Counted from the stretch's first letter, positions 16,003 through 24,909 are shown. The stretch: DNA of 27,772 nt from Bacilli bacterium (GCA_041668665.1 JBAYCP010000001.1:1-27772), one strand, 5' to 3'. Numbers and translations: made by a program. The notes: generated by a model from the letters alone, not told the origin.

Positions 16003-18648
16003 ATGAAACCGTTTTATCAGCTGAGTATTGATGAGGTGCTGCAATTCGTTAAAAGTTCAAAGGGTGGAATTACGCCAAATGAAGCTGCCATTCGTTTGGA
16101 ACAAAATGGTCGCAACGAATTACAAGAGAAAAAGAAAACACCCTTGTTTATAAAGTTTTTAGCACAATTTAAAGATGTCATGATTTTAGTTTTACTTGCA
16201 GCCGCTGCTGTATCGGCAATCATTGCTATTGTTCAAAGGCATCCTTCTGAACTGATCGATTCAGGGATCATTTTAGCGATTGTCTTGCTTAATGCTACCA
16301 TCGGTGTTGTTCAAGAAAGCAAAGCAGAATCTGCCATGGAAGCTCTGAAAAGTTTGAATAAACCTTTCGCAAAAGTTCGACGCGATCAGGTTATTATGAA
16401 AGTGAAGAGTTCGGAACTTGTCGTGGGCGATATTGTTTTGCTCGAAGCTGGTGATATTGTGCCGGCGGATATGCGGTTAATTCAATGTATCTCTTTAAAA
16501 ATTGAAGAAGCTGCCCTAACTGGAGAAGCCGTTCCAAGTGAAAAACATGTAGAAATCATTGATAAAGACCCTGTCCCATTAGGGGATCGTCATAACATGG
16601 CATTTAGTACTGGGATGGTCGCATATGGACGTGGAGAAGGTGTAATTGTAGCGACGGGTCAGAATACCGAAGTGGGGCGCATTGCCACCATGCTGAACGA
16701 AGAAGAAGATACTGTAACCCCCTTACAAGTTCAATTATCCAAAACAGCAAAAGTGTTAAGCATCATGGTTCTTGTGATAGCTGCCGTGATTTTTGGGGCA
16801 TCACTTTTACGTCAAAATCCCATCATGGAAGCATTTATGACGGCCGTTGCTATTGCGGTAGCAGCAATTCCCGAAGGATTACCTGCAGTTGTCACTATTA
16901 TTTTAGCCATTGGTGTGCAGCGGATGAGTGCTCGAAAAGCCATTGTTCGACATCTTCCCTCAGTGGAGACTTTAGGGTGCTGTGAAGTGATTTGCTCCGA
17001 TAAAACGGGCACACTTACACTCAATCAGATGACCGTTCAAGAGTTGTTTACCCCTACTGTCGGCACGGTGCGAACGGAGAGTGCTACTTCCGACGCCAGC
17101 ATTGTTCGTTTGCGCTTTGGAATGACATTGTGTAATGACACTTCAATTGATGGAGAACGATTAATGGGAGACCCGACGGAAACCGCATTAGTTGCGGATG
17201 CTCGACGGAGTGGCCACGATGTTCTCCATTGGAAAAAGGATTATCCGCGAATTACAGAGATTCCTTTTGATTCCGTTCGAAAGCTAATGTCAACTGTCCA
17301 TAATATTGAGGGGAAACCTACTGCCTTTATTAAAGGGGCTCCCGATATTCTTGTTACTAAATGTTCGTTTATTCAAGAAGGTGACATCATTCGCCCCATG
17401 ACAGATATGGATCGTGAATCCATTCAATCTGCCAATAAAGCAATGGCAAAGAAAGCACTTCGTGTCCTTGCTTTAGCCATAAAGCACGAGAATTTAGAAT
17501 TAAGTCATCTCGAATCCGACATGATTTTTGTTGGATTAGTAGGTATGATTGATCCTCCACGGCCAGAAGTCAAAAATGCGGTAGCAGTATGCAAAAAAGC
17601 AGGAATGCAAGCCATTATGATTACTGGTGACCATGTCGATACAGCTTCAGCGATTGCTAGTGAAATCGGGATTCTTCAAAAAGGTGATCTTGTGATTACC
17701 GGTGCGGAGTTGGATCGACTGTCGGATGAGGAATTTTTTAAGAACTTATCACATTATCGAGTCTATGCTCGTGTTAGTCCAGAAAATAAAGTACGCATTG
17801 TCAAGGCCTTTAAACGAGCCGAACTTGTTGTTGCAATGACTGGCGATGGAGTCAATGATGCACCTTCGATTAAAGCAGCTGACATTGGCATTGGGATGGG
17901 AATCACAGGAACTGATGTGAGTAAAGAAGCGGCTGATGTAGTATTAGCAGACGACAACTTTGCCACCATCATCTATGCAGTTGAAGAAGGTCGAAAAATC
18001 TATGCTAACATCAAAAAAGTCATTCAATTCTTGCTATCAGCGAACATTGCTGAAGTCTTATGTCTCTTTGTTGCAACCGTTTTTCTAAATGTGAAGTTTT
18101 TAACCCCAGTGATGATTCTTTGGGTGAATCTTGTGACCGACTCCTTACCGGTCATTGCATTAGGAATGGAAAAAGCAGAATCGGACGTGATGAACCAAAA
18201 ACCTCGGAAATCCGGATCAAGCTTGTTTGCCGGTAAGACAGGACGCGATATTATTATCCAAGGAGTTATGCAAACGGTGTTGGTCTTAGCATCCTTCTCG
18301 TTAGGAAATTATGTCTTTATTGAAGGAATTTCGGACCACTCGGTTGCAATGACGATGGGCTTTGTAACCCTAATCTTCATTCAGTTATTTCATTCGTTTA
18401 ATTTACGCTCTCAACAAAATTCATTGTTTCAATCCAATCCTTTTGCGAACAAGTACTTGAACATAACCTTTCTGATTGGGGTTGTGTTAACCGTCGTCGT
18501 GATAGGTTTTGATTTCATGCATGTTATCTTTGAGACACAGTCTATTCCATTCCACGACTGGGTTGTTAGTATAGGTCTTGCATTCTTGATTATCCCTATG
18601 GTGGAACTTCAAAAATGGATTGAACGACGTTTTGAAAAGCCTGAGTAA
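16003..18648 (+). CDS. Ca2+-translocating P-type ATPase (type IIA, SERCA/YloB-like)
   Basis: TGEA, IPEGL, DKTGT, KGAP, MITGD and GDGVNDAP motifs. M5/M6 motifs SANIAE and WVNLVTD. 881 aa. Confidence 0.9.
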   Translation: MKPFYQLSIDEVLQFVKSSKGGITPNEAAIRLEQNGRNELQEKKKTPLFIKFLAQFKDVMILVLLAAAAVSAIIAIVQRHPSELIDSGIILAIVLLNATIGVVQESKAESAMEALKSLNKPFAKVRRDQVIMKVKSSELVVGDIVLLEAGDIVPADMRLIQCISLKIEEAALTGEAVPSEKHVEIIDKDPVPLGDRHNMAFSTGMVAYGRGEGVIVATGQNTEVGRIATMLNEEEDTVTPLQVQLSKTAKVLSIMVLVIAAVIFGASLLRQNPIMEAFMTAVAIAVAAIPEGLPAVVTIILAIGVQRMSARKAIVRHLPSVETLGCCEVICSDKTGTLTLNQMTVQELFTPTVGTVRTESATSDASIVRLRFGMTLCNDTSIDGERLMGDPTETALVADARRSGHDVLHWKKDYPRITEIPFDSVRKLMSTVHNIEGKPTAFIKGAPDILVTKCSFIQEGDIIRPMTDMDRESIQSANKAMAKKALRVLALAIKHENLELSHLESDMIFVGLVGMIDPPRPEVKNAVAVCKKAGMQAIMITGDHVDTASAIASEIGILQKGDLVITGAELDRLSDEEFFKNLSHYRVYARVSPENKVRIVKAFKRAELVVAMTGDGVNDAPSIKAADIGIGMGITGTDVSKEAADVVLADDNFATIIYAVEEGRKIYANIKKVIQFLLSANIAEVLCLFVATVFLNVKFLTPVMILWVNLVTDSLPVIALGMEKAESDVMNQKPRKSGSSLFAGKTGRDIIIQGVMQTVLVLASFSLGNYVFIEGISDHSVAMTMGFVTLIFIQLFHSFNLRSQQNSLFQSNPFANKYLNITFLIGVVLTVVVIGFDFMHVIFETQSIPFHDWVVSIGLAFLIIPMVELQKWIERRFEKPE

Positions 18649-18652
18649 AAAG

Positions 18653-18681
18653 AAAAACAACCGCAGTTAGCGGTTGTTTTT
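18653..18681. terminator. Bidirectional intrinsic terminator overlapping the fabD stop codon
   Basis: AAAAACAACCGC-AGTTA-GCGGTTGTTTTT, a perfect 12-bp stem between convergent genes. Confidence 0.85.
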
Positions 18682-19626
18682 ATACCAATCAAGAAAGGTT
18701 TTTAATTGATCTGGGGTTTCAATATGGAAGTATATTCCATCCTTTATTTGATGCGCCTCTGCGGTTCGTTGATTAAATTTTGTGACACTACCCGTAGGTC
18801 CGATTTCCACAAAAATCCGAACATCATTCTCTAGCATAGTATTAATGGTTTCTTCCCAACGCACGGCGAGATAAACGTGATCTTCAAGAATTTTTCGTAA
18901 ATCCTGTCCTGGTCGATAAAACTGACCTGAGACATTTGGAATAAAGGGAATCGTTGGGGGATTGAGTGAGATATTGGCGAGTTCCTCGGCTAATTGATGC
19001 CCGGCGTCCCGTAACATTTGAGTGTGGAATGGACCTGAAACATTGAGATAAGTTGTGTGCTTGGCGTTGGCGCGCTTCGCCAAAACATCTGCCATGGCCA
19101 CGGCTTCCTTTTCTCCGGACACAATTATTTGTCCCGGACAATTGTAATTGGAACATTCAATCCATCCGCAGCTACGCGCGCGAAGCACGAGAGATTCAAC
19201 AGTATCTCGAGATAGGCCAGAAATCGCAAGCATCTTTCCAATTCCTTGAGGGACCGCATTTTGCATAAATATGCCCCGTTTTCGAACGAGAACAACGGAA
19301 TCATCATAATTTATGGACTTGGCTGCAACAAGGGCAGCATATTCTCCAAGAGAGAATCCTGCTACTACATCGGGAACAATACCTTCTACTTGTAACAATG
19401 ACAAAATAGATACTTCTACCGTATGAATGGCGGGTTGTTGGTGTTCCGTCTTGAGCAACTCACTCGCGGGGCCATTGAAACACAAATCTGCCAAATCCAT
19501 ATTGAGTCGATGGGAACCACGCTCAAACCATTCGCGTACGAGAGGATAAGCATCATAAAACGCTTTGCCCATGCCTACATATTGAGTGCCTTGCCCAGGG
19601 AAAACGAAAGCAAGTTTAGTTTTCAT
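18667..19626 (-). CDS. fabD: ACP S-malonyltransferase (malonyl-CoA:ACP transacylase)
   Basis: FPGQGTQ, QPAI, GFSLGEY (catalytic Ser), RKRG, NYNCPGQ and SGPFH motifs. Confidence 0.9.
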   Translation of the reverse strand: MKTKLAFVFPGQGTQYVGMGKAFYDAYPLVREWFERGSHRLNMDLADLCFNGPASELLKTEHQQPAIHTVEVSILSLLQVEGIVPDVVAGFSLGEYAALVAAKSINYDDSVVLVRKRGIFMQNAVPQGIGKMLAISGLSRDTVESLVLRARSCGWIECSNYNCPGQIIVSGEKEAVAMADVLAKRANAKHTTYLNVSGPFHTQMLRDAGHQLAEELANISLNPPTIPFIPNVSGQFYRPGQDLRKILEDHVYLAVRWEETINTMLENDVRIFVEIGPTGSVTKFNQRTAEAHQIKDGIYFHIETPDQLKTFLDWYKNNR

Positions 19627-20851
19627 GATTCTCCTCCTTTGGGGTTGCGTGTAATGAGCTGATTGTCAGCAGCAACTTGACAGCTTGTTCCATTTCTTCA
19701 ACACTTACAAATTCATAACGACTGTGAGCATTATAGCCACCAGTTCCTAAATTAGGGCAAGGAAGTCCTTTAGCAGTTAACATGGCTCCATCAGTTCCTC
19801 CACGAATAGGCATCGAACTTGGAGTAAGTCCAATGGATTGAATTGCGCGATAGGCCAGATCAATGATGTCACGATGATGCTCCATGATGTTTCGCATATT
19901 GGAATAGGAATCAGTGATATGGACGGTAATCCATGACCCATGATGCAATTCATTGAGATAAGTAGCTGCTCGAGTCATTTGCATTTTCATGCGACGAAAT
20001 TCGTTTTCATCATGATGACGGAGGAGATATTCCATGGTTGCAAATTCAACATCTCCTTGGAGCGAATGCAGATGATGAAATCCTTCATATCCTGATGTGA
20101 ATTCAGGACGTTCATTTATGGGCAGCAGCTGGTCAAATTCCATGGCTAGCATGAGGGCATTGACCATTTTTCCTTTAGCTCCACCTGGATGAATCCCCAA
20201 TCCGCGAATAGAGATTACTGCAGAAGCAGCATTAAAATTCTCCCACTCGACATCATGAATTTGTCCGCCATCCACGGTAAAAGCAAATGCAACGGGAAAC
20301 CGTTGAAGTTCAAAATGGTCGACGCCTCGTCCAACTTCCTCATCGGGTGTGAACGCCACATAAAGCGGGCCATGGGGAAGTGAGGGGTCTTGGTGAAGAA
20401 TGTCCAACATTGTCATAATTTCGGCAATTCCTGCTTTATCATCGGCCCCAAGTAAGGTCGTTCCATCGGTAACGATAAGGTGTTCGCCCACTTTATGAGA
20501 CAAAATAGGAAATGATGTCGGAGAGAGTTCTACACCAGAATGACCTAAGGCAATATCTCCACCTTGATAATGTACCATCCGAGGCTGAATGTTTGAACTT
20601 GGTGCATCGGGAGAAGTATCCATGTGGGCAATGAAGCCAATTGCTGGAACATTACGATTACCCTCGATATGAGCATAAACCGTTCCTGTTTCACTGCGAA
20701 AAATGTCCTTCATTCCTAGATTTTGCAATTCTTTTACGAGTTCATCTGCAAAAACTAATTGGGAGGATGTACTAGGAGAGTCTTCGCTCATGGGAGAAGA
20801 CTGGGTATCAAAGGTGACATAATGAAGAAATCGATCAACCACTGGTTGCAT
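19616..20851 (-). CDS. pepT: Peptidase T (tripeptide aminopeptidase, M20B)
   Basis: AHMDT, GADDKAG, TPDEEVGRG, WENFNAA and RGGTDGA motifs; 411 aa. Confidence 0.92.
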   Translation of the reverse strand: MQPVVDRFLHYVTFDTQSSPMSEDSPSTSSQLVFADELVKELQNLGMKDIFRSETGTVYAHIEGNRNVPAIGFIAHMDTSPDAPSSNIQPRMVHYQGGDIALGHSGVELSPTSFPILSHKVGEHLIVTDGTTLLGADDKAGIAEIMTMLDILHQDPSLPHGPLYVAFTPDEEVGRGVDHFELQRFPVAFAFTVDGGQIHDVEWENFNAASAVISIRGLGIHPGGAKGKMVNALMLAMEFDQLLPINERPEFTSGYEGFHHLHSLQGDVEFATMEYLLRHHDENEFRRMKMQMTRAATYLNELHHGSWITVHITDSYSNMRNIMEHHRDIIDLAYRAIQSIGLTPSSMPIRGGTDGAMLTAKGLPCPNLGTGGYNAHSRYEFVSVEEMEQAVKLLLTISSLHATPKEENHEN

Positions 20852-20881
20852 AGAAACCCTTCTTTCTTAAAAAAAGAATAA

Positions 20882-21223
20882 TTAGATGGAAAGAACTTGA
20901 ATGGTTTCGTCGTTTAGATATTCGGTTAATACGGGTCCATAGGACTTTACATCAAATCCCAAATCGACAAGTAAATCATAAACGCCAAGATTTCGAGCAC
21001 AAGCTTGACAGGCTCCAATTTTGACGCCGGCGTCACGCGCTGCTAAAACTTCTTTTTGGACATCAAGATCTTCGACAACCAATTTGGCCGTAGCACCCCA
21101 AATAATGAGCTCGATATCGTTCCACCAACCACGAAGTTTTGAGTTTTTTGTATACATTAGCACCATATGTAGTGAAGTCATTTTATCGGCATTGGTCCAT
21201 AAGACTGCAAGTTTTTGTTTCAT
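20882..21223 (-). CDS. DsrE-family protein
   Basis: KLAVLWT...WW..IELIIWG...ACQACA pattern (CxxC); 113 aa; GGAG RBS. Confidence 0.75.
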   Translation of the reverse strand: MKQKLAVLWTNADKMTSLHMVLMYTKNSKLRGWWNDIELIIWGATAKLVVEDLDVQKEVLAARDAGVKIGACQACARNLGVYDLLVDLGFDVKSYGPVLTEYLNDETIQVLSI

Positions 21224-21305
21224 AATTCAAACTCCTTTATGCTTTAATCGTAGCAAAGGACGAGAAGAAAAGCAATCGAAGCCCTCGAATAATCCTTATA
21301 AAATA

Positions 21306-21314
21306 TGCTATAAT
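21306..21314 (+). promoter_or_regulatory. Extended -10 promoter for the EamA-HAD-nitroreductase operon
   Basis: TGcTATAAT, a perfect extended -10. Confidence 0.6.
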
Positions 21315-21340
21315 AATAAAAGAACGGAAGGAGTGAGCGC

Positions 21341-22243
21341 GTGAAAAAAATATTTGCTTATGGTTTATTGCTGATGGTCACGCTTGCTTGGGGAGTCTCC
21401 TTTGTTAGTTCTAAGATTGTCCTTAATGTTATCGATCCGATTTCTTTAGGGTTTGTCCGATATCTCTTTGCATTTGGATTTCTACTAATCTTTTTTTTCG
21501 CTAAAAAAGAAACAATTGTTATTCAGAAACGAGATATTTTCCGTTTAATGGTCAGCGCAATTATTGGTGTTGCTTTGTATTTCTATGCTGAAAATACTGC
21601 TGTAAGCTATATTTCGGCTTCAACAGCTTCCATTCTTGTTTCGACATTACCCATCTTTTTAATTCTTACTAATTTTATCCTCTTTCGTGAGCGTATAAGT
21701 AGAATCAAGATGATTGCAGTCGCCGGTTCAATTCTAGGAGTAGGATTTGTTGTAGGAGGGGACATTGACCAACTTACCTGGGAATCCATCCAAGGATACT
21801 TATTTATGTTACTGGCAGTGGGAGCTTGGATTGTTTTTTCGCATACCACAATGGAACTTCGGAAACGCTATTCGAATTTAAAGATTATCACCCTTCAAGC
21901 GGGCATAACCCTTCTCGTACTTGCTCCTTTTGCAATGACGGCCATTGGACCCATTCTGTCAATGCCTCCAGTCATGTGGGGACATATCGCCTTTTTAGGA
22001 ATCGTGTGTTCGGGACTTGCATTTTACTGGTATGTCTATGCGATGAAACAAATTGGCACAGTAATGAGTTCGGTTTTTATTAACCTTATCCCTGTTGTCA
22101 CTGTGATTACAGGGGCTATTGTTTTACAGGAACAATTACACGAGATGCAAATTTTAGGCGGAGTTTTAATTATTGGTGCGGTAATGTTTCTGGTGTGGGA
22201 TGATATGCGTCACTTGCGTCAAGCCAAGGAGACATTTCAATGA
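21341..22243 (+). CDS. DMT/EamA-family transporter
   Basis: 10 TM helices in two repeats, with WGVSF...K, RYLFA and FINLIPV motifs. GTG start after AAGGAG. Confidence 0.85.
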   Translation: MKKIFAYGLLLMVTLAWGVSFVSSKIVLNVIDPISLGFVRYLFAFGFLLIFFFAKKETIVIQKRDIFRLMVSAIIGVALYFYAENTAVSYISASTASILVSTLPIFLILTNFILFRERISRIKMIAVAGSILGVGFVVGGDIDQLTWESIQGYLFMLLAVGAWIVFSHTTMELRKRYSNLKIITLQAGITLLVLAPFAMTAIGPILSMPPVMWGHIAFLGIVCSGLAFYWYVYAMKQIGTVMSSVFINLIPVVTVITGAIVLQEQLHEMQILGGVLIIGAVMFLVWDDMRHLRQAKETFQ

Positions 22244-22956
22244 AAAAGGCGATAGTATTTGATCTGGATGGGACTTTGCTGAATAGCCTTCCCGATCTAA
22301 TGGATGCTTGTAATCTTGCATTGCAGGAAGCTGGTTATCCGATCCATTCACTAGAAGATTATCGTTGGATGGTTGGGGATGGTGCGCTTGAGTTGGCACG
22401 TCGAAGTCTCCCTGAGCCGCTTCGTCAAGACGAAGGATTGGTACAAAAAATGCTGTTCCAACAAACGGAGCATTATCGTCATCGATGGCATAGCAGATCG
22501 AAGCGATATTCTGGAATTTTGAAGCACTTGCGTCTGCTTCATCAATCACCCATCTCTCTTTATGTTTTTAGCAATAAAAACGAAGACTTCGTGAAAAGTA
22601 TTATCGAATACTACTTCCCGGGGGTTTCTTTTTCTGGCATAATTGGGTATTCTAAGAAGTATCCAAGGAAACCGAATCCCGAAGCGCTATTGATGAGTTT
22701 TGCCCAAAATGGATTATTGGCACAAAATGCCTTAATGATTGGAGACTCTGCCGTGGATGTGCAGACAGCCATTCAAGCGGGAATGGAGTTCATCGGTGCT
22801 GGATATGGATTTCGGGGAAGCCAAGAACTTTTCGATGCAGGGGCATTACAAGTGTGCTCCAATGTGAATCAGCTTTTTGAAGCGATTCAAAAATGGATTA
22901 TTAACAAGGAGGAAAATGAATATGGAATTAATGGATGTCATCCGAACAAGACGTAG
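22240..22956 (+). CDS. HAD-superfamily hydrolase (phosphoglycolate phosphatase-like)
   Basis: FDLDGTL, SNK, KPNP and GDSAVD motifs. ATGA overlap with the EamA gene. Confidence 0.85.
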   Translation: MKKAIVFDLDGTLLNSLPDLMDACNLALQEAGYPIHSLEDYRWMVGDGALELARRSLPEPLRQDEGLVQKMLFQQTEHYRHRWHSRSKRYSGILKHLRLLHQSPISLYVFSNKNEDFVKSIIEYYFPGVSFSGIIGYSKKYPRKPNPEALLMSFAQNGLLAQNALMIGDSAVDVQTAIQAGMEFIGAGYGFRGSQELFDAGALQVCSNVNQLFEAIQKWIINKEENEYGINGCHPNKT

Positions 22957-23527
22957 CGTACGTCGCTACAAAAGCGATCCAGTCGCGAAGGAAATCTTAT
23001 GGGAGTTGGTTCAAGCAGCAACGCTAGCACCCAATGGTTCTAATTCTCAACAATGGGATTTTGTCTTTGTTACCGACCCAGAAAAGTTGGATCGAGTGGC
23101 AGAGATTATTGGAATGAGTCATCGCCAGTATTTTGGATCTGCACGGACAGATTCTTCCGCTGGGGAACGACTCGATAAAATTGTCACGATGTATACCAAC
23201 TTGAGAAAAGCACCTGTGTTTGTTATTTTTTGTATCAATAAACGTAATGTATTGTTGCAACCCGACTATCAAAAATACATTGACTTGTGGGCTCAACATA
23301 GCATTGCGGCTGCCATTGAAAATTTCTTTTTAGCCGCTTGGAATCATGGACTTGGTACCGTCTGGATGGGGACTCCCTCTTGGCGTAGTGAGGAAATCAA
23401 GAAACTCCTCCAGATTCCTGATGAAGTCGAAATTGTGGCTGCCTCTCCCATTGGGTATCCGGATGAAACCCCTAAAATGCGTCCGCGCCTTCCTTTGGAA
23501 GATGTAACACATTTCGATAAGTGGTAG
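22922..23527 (+). CDS. Nitroreductase-family flavoprotein
   Basis: RRSVRRY, APNGSNSQQWDF and GLGTVW motifs. Start set at the ATG at 22922, 9 nt after AGGAGG (22907-22912). Confidence 0.85.
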   Translation: MELMDVIRTRRSVRRYKSDPVAKEILWELVQAATLAPNGSNSQQWDFVFVTDPEKLDRVAEIIGMSHRQYFGSARTDSSAGERLDKIVTMYTNLRKAPVFVIFCINKRNVLLQPDYQKYIDLWAQHSIAAAIENFFLAAWNHGLGTVWMGTPSWRSEEIKKLLQIPDEVEIVAASPIGYPDETPKMRPRLPLEDVTHFDKW

Positions 23528-23554
23528 AAAAAAAGCGCCATAAGTGGCGCTTTT
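23528..23554. terminator. Bidirectional intrinsic terminator
   Basis: AAAAGCGCCA-TAAG-TGGCGCTTTT with an A7 run on the left, which is the U-tract for a minus-strand transcript. Confidence 0.85.
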
Positions 23555-23578
23555 GCTTCCATCTGAACTAAAAACGGC

Positions 23579-23656
23579 TTACATGCCGAGAAAGAGCATT
23601 AAGACGGTGGCAATCAGGATGAGTAGGAAAGGCAAGTAGGTTTTAATACGGTCCAT
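23579..23656 (-). CDS. Unannotated 25-aa single-TM small protein (MDRIKTYLPFLLILIATVLMLFLGM)
   Basis: Not in the ORF track (below its length cutoff). AAAGGAG RBS 7 nt upstream, a dedicated promoter and a downstream terminator. Confidence 0.7.
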   Translation of the reverse strand: MDRIKTYLPFLLILIATVLMLFLGM

Positions 23657-23692
23657 CGAAAGTCTCCTTTCATCGTAATCGAATGTATTATT

Positions 23693-23721
23693 ATTATAGA
23701 GAAAGAGAATAGTTTTCGCAA
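23693..23721 (-). promoter_or_regulatory. Near-consensus sigma-A promoter for the small protein
   Basis: Minus strand reads TTGCGA-N17-TATAAT. Confidence 0.7.
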
Positions 23722-23751
23722 GCCTTATCCCTTTTTATGATTGTCAACTTA

Positions 23752-23760
23752 TGGTAAAAT
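23752..23760 (+). promoter_or_regulatory. Extended -10 promoter for ORF 23793
   Basis: TGgTAAAAT about 32 nt upstream of the ATG. Confidence 0.5.
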
Positions 23761-23792
23761 AAACCGTAGAACAAAGAGGAGCATCTGAAGAT

Positions 23793-24245
23793 ATGAACCA
23801 AACTTATTTACAAAACACCCAAGCATTATTGGATAGCATTGCAAAAGAGATTGCCTTGGAATTAAAAAAGCCAGGAATCATTCGTCCGAATCCCAAAACA
23901 AAAAGTGGAGAGGTTGCAGTGAAAGCTCCCAAAAAGGAAATGCATCGGTATGGGGTGCGTTTAACTCAAGATGGAGAAAACATGGTGTATCATTACATCC
24001 AAATGATTGCCATGGAGTTGCGCAAACAAGATAGCAAGCTTGATGATTTTTTTGCTAAGCGGGAAGCCACTGATTTGATGGGAGAATATGTTTTAAAAAT
24101 TGCTTATGAAATAGCAGGAGTTCCTTTTGAATCCACCTATGCTGAAAAAATACGCCGACGGGAACTTTATCTAAAAATTAAGCTTTTCGGAGTTGTCGTT
24201 TTCATCCTATTCTTCTTAGTGATTATTATTGGGTCATTGACCTAA
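23793..24245 (+). CDS. Hypothetical protein with a C-terminal TM anchor
   Basis: 150 aa; GAGGAG RBS. Ends in a basic stretch followed by LFGVVVFILFFLVIIIGSLT. No family recognised. Confidence 0.7.
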   Translation: MNQTYLQNTQALLDSIAKEIALELKKPGIIRPNPKTKSGEVAVKAPKKEMHRYGVRLTQDGENMVYHYIQMIAMELRKQDSKLDDFFAKREATDLMGEYVLKIAYEIAGVPFESTYAEKIRRRELYLKIKLFGVVVFILFFLVIIIGSLT

Positions 24246-24252
24246 TTTTCAC

Positions 24253-24281
24253 TTCATTTTTTCTCTGAATCGTAGTACAAT
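24253..24281 (+). promoter_or_regulatory. Putative promoter for pduL
   Basis: TTCATT-N17-TACAAT. Confidence 0.4.
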
Positions 24282-24307
24282 AAGCAAGGAATAGAGGAGG
24301 TAGCAAC

Positions 24308-24886
24308 ATGAGTCAAAAAGTATTAGTCGAAACATCCGCCCGCCATGTTCATCTCAGTGAAGAACATTTAGCGATTTTATTTGGTCCTGGAGCAACATTA
24401 ACTCCAAAAAAGGACTTGTCGCAACCTGGCCAATTTGCCTGTGAAGAACGCGTGGAAGTCGTCGGTCCTAAAGGGAGCATTGCGCGAGTATCGGTGTTAG
24501 GACCCACTCGGGCAACTACTCAAATTGAGCTATCCATGACGGATGCCCGCTCCATTGGGATTCAAGCGCCTATTCGGGAATCGGGAGATACGAAGGCTAG
24601 TGGTTCTTGCGTTTTACGGGGGCCTAAGGGAGAAGTTGAATTAAATGAAGGTGTGATTGTTGCCAAACGGCACATTCATACGACTCCTGAAGATGCCGTG
24701 AAACTTGGCGTTAAAGACAAAGAAGTTGTGGGCTTGAAAATTCTTGGTGGCGATCGCAGTGTTATTTTAGGGGATGTCGTGGTACGTGTGAGTCCCAAAT
24801 TTGCAACTGCTGCCCATGTTGACACCGATGAAGCCAATGCCGGGAACTTCAAAGGCGAAGTATGGGGCGAGATTGTTCGCATCTAG
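24308..24886 (+). CDS. pduL: PduL-type phosphate propanoyl/acetyltransferase
   Basis: SARHVHLS, LSQPGQFA, Q.ELS.TD, RHIH and HVDTDEANA motifs. GGAGG RBS. Confidence 0.9.
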   Translation: MSQKVLVETSARHVHLSEEHLAILFGPGATLTPKKDLSQPGQFACEERVEVVGPKGSIARVSVLGPTRATTQIELSMTDARSIGIQAPIRESGDTKASGSCVLRGPKGEVELNEGVIVAKRHIHTTPEDAVKLGVKDKEVVGLKILGGDRSVILGDVVVRVSPKFATAAHVDTDEANAGNFKGEVWGEIVRI

Positions 24887-24909
24887 TAGAAATCGTTCGT
24901 TTTAGTAAT

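Noticed and set aside
16513-16539. TGEA instead of TGES in the ATPase actuator motif
   Set aside because: The catalytic Glu is retained and all other motifs are intact, so this is a minor variant with no evidence of inactivation.
22877-22921. Longer nitroreductase start (22877 or 22916)
   Set aside because: AGGAGG at 22907-22912 is best spaced (9 nt) for the ATG at 22922. The 22916 start has only 3 nt of spacing, and 22877 has no RBS.
23555-23700. Type I toxin-antitoxin pair around the 25-aa peptide
   Set aside because: I found no plus-strand promoter or terminator defining an antisense RNA, and no long structured 5' UTR. The peptide is kept as a finding, but the TA call is not supported.
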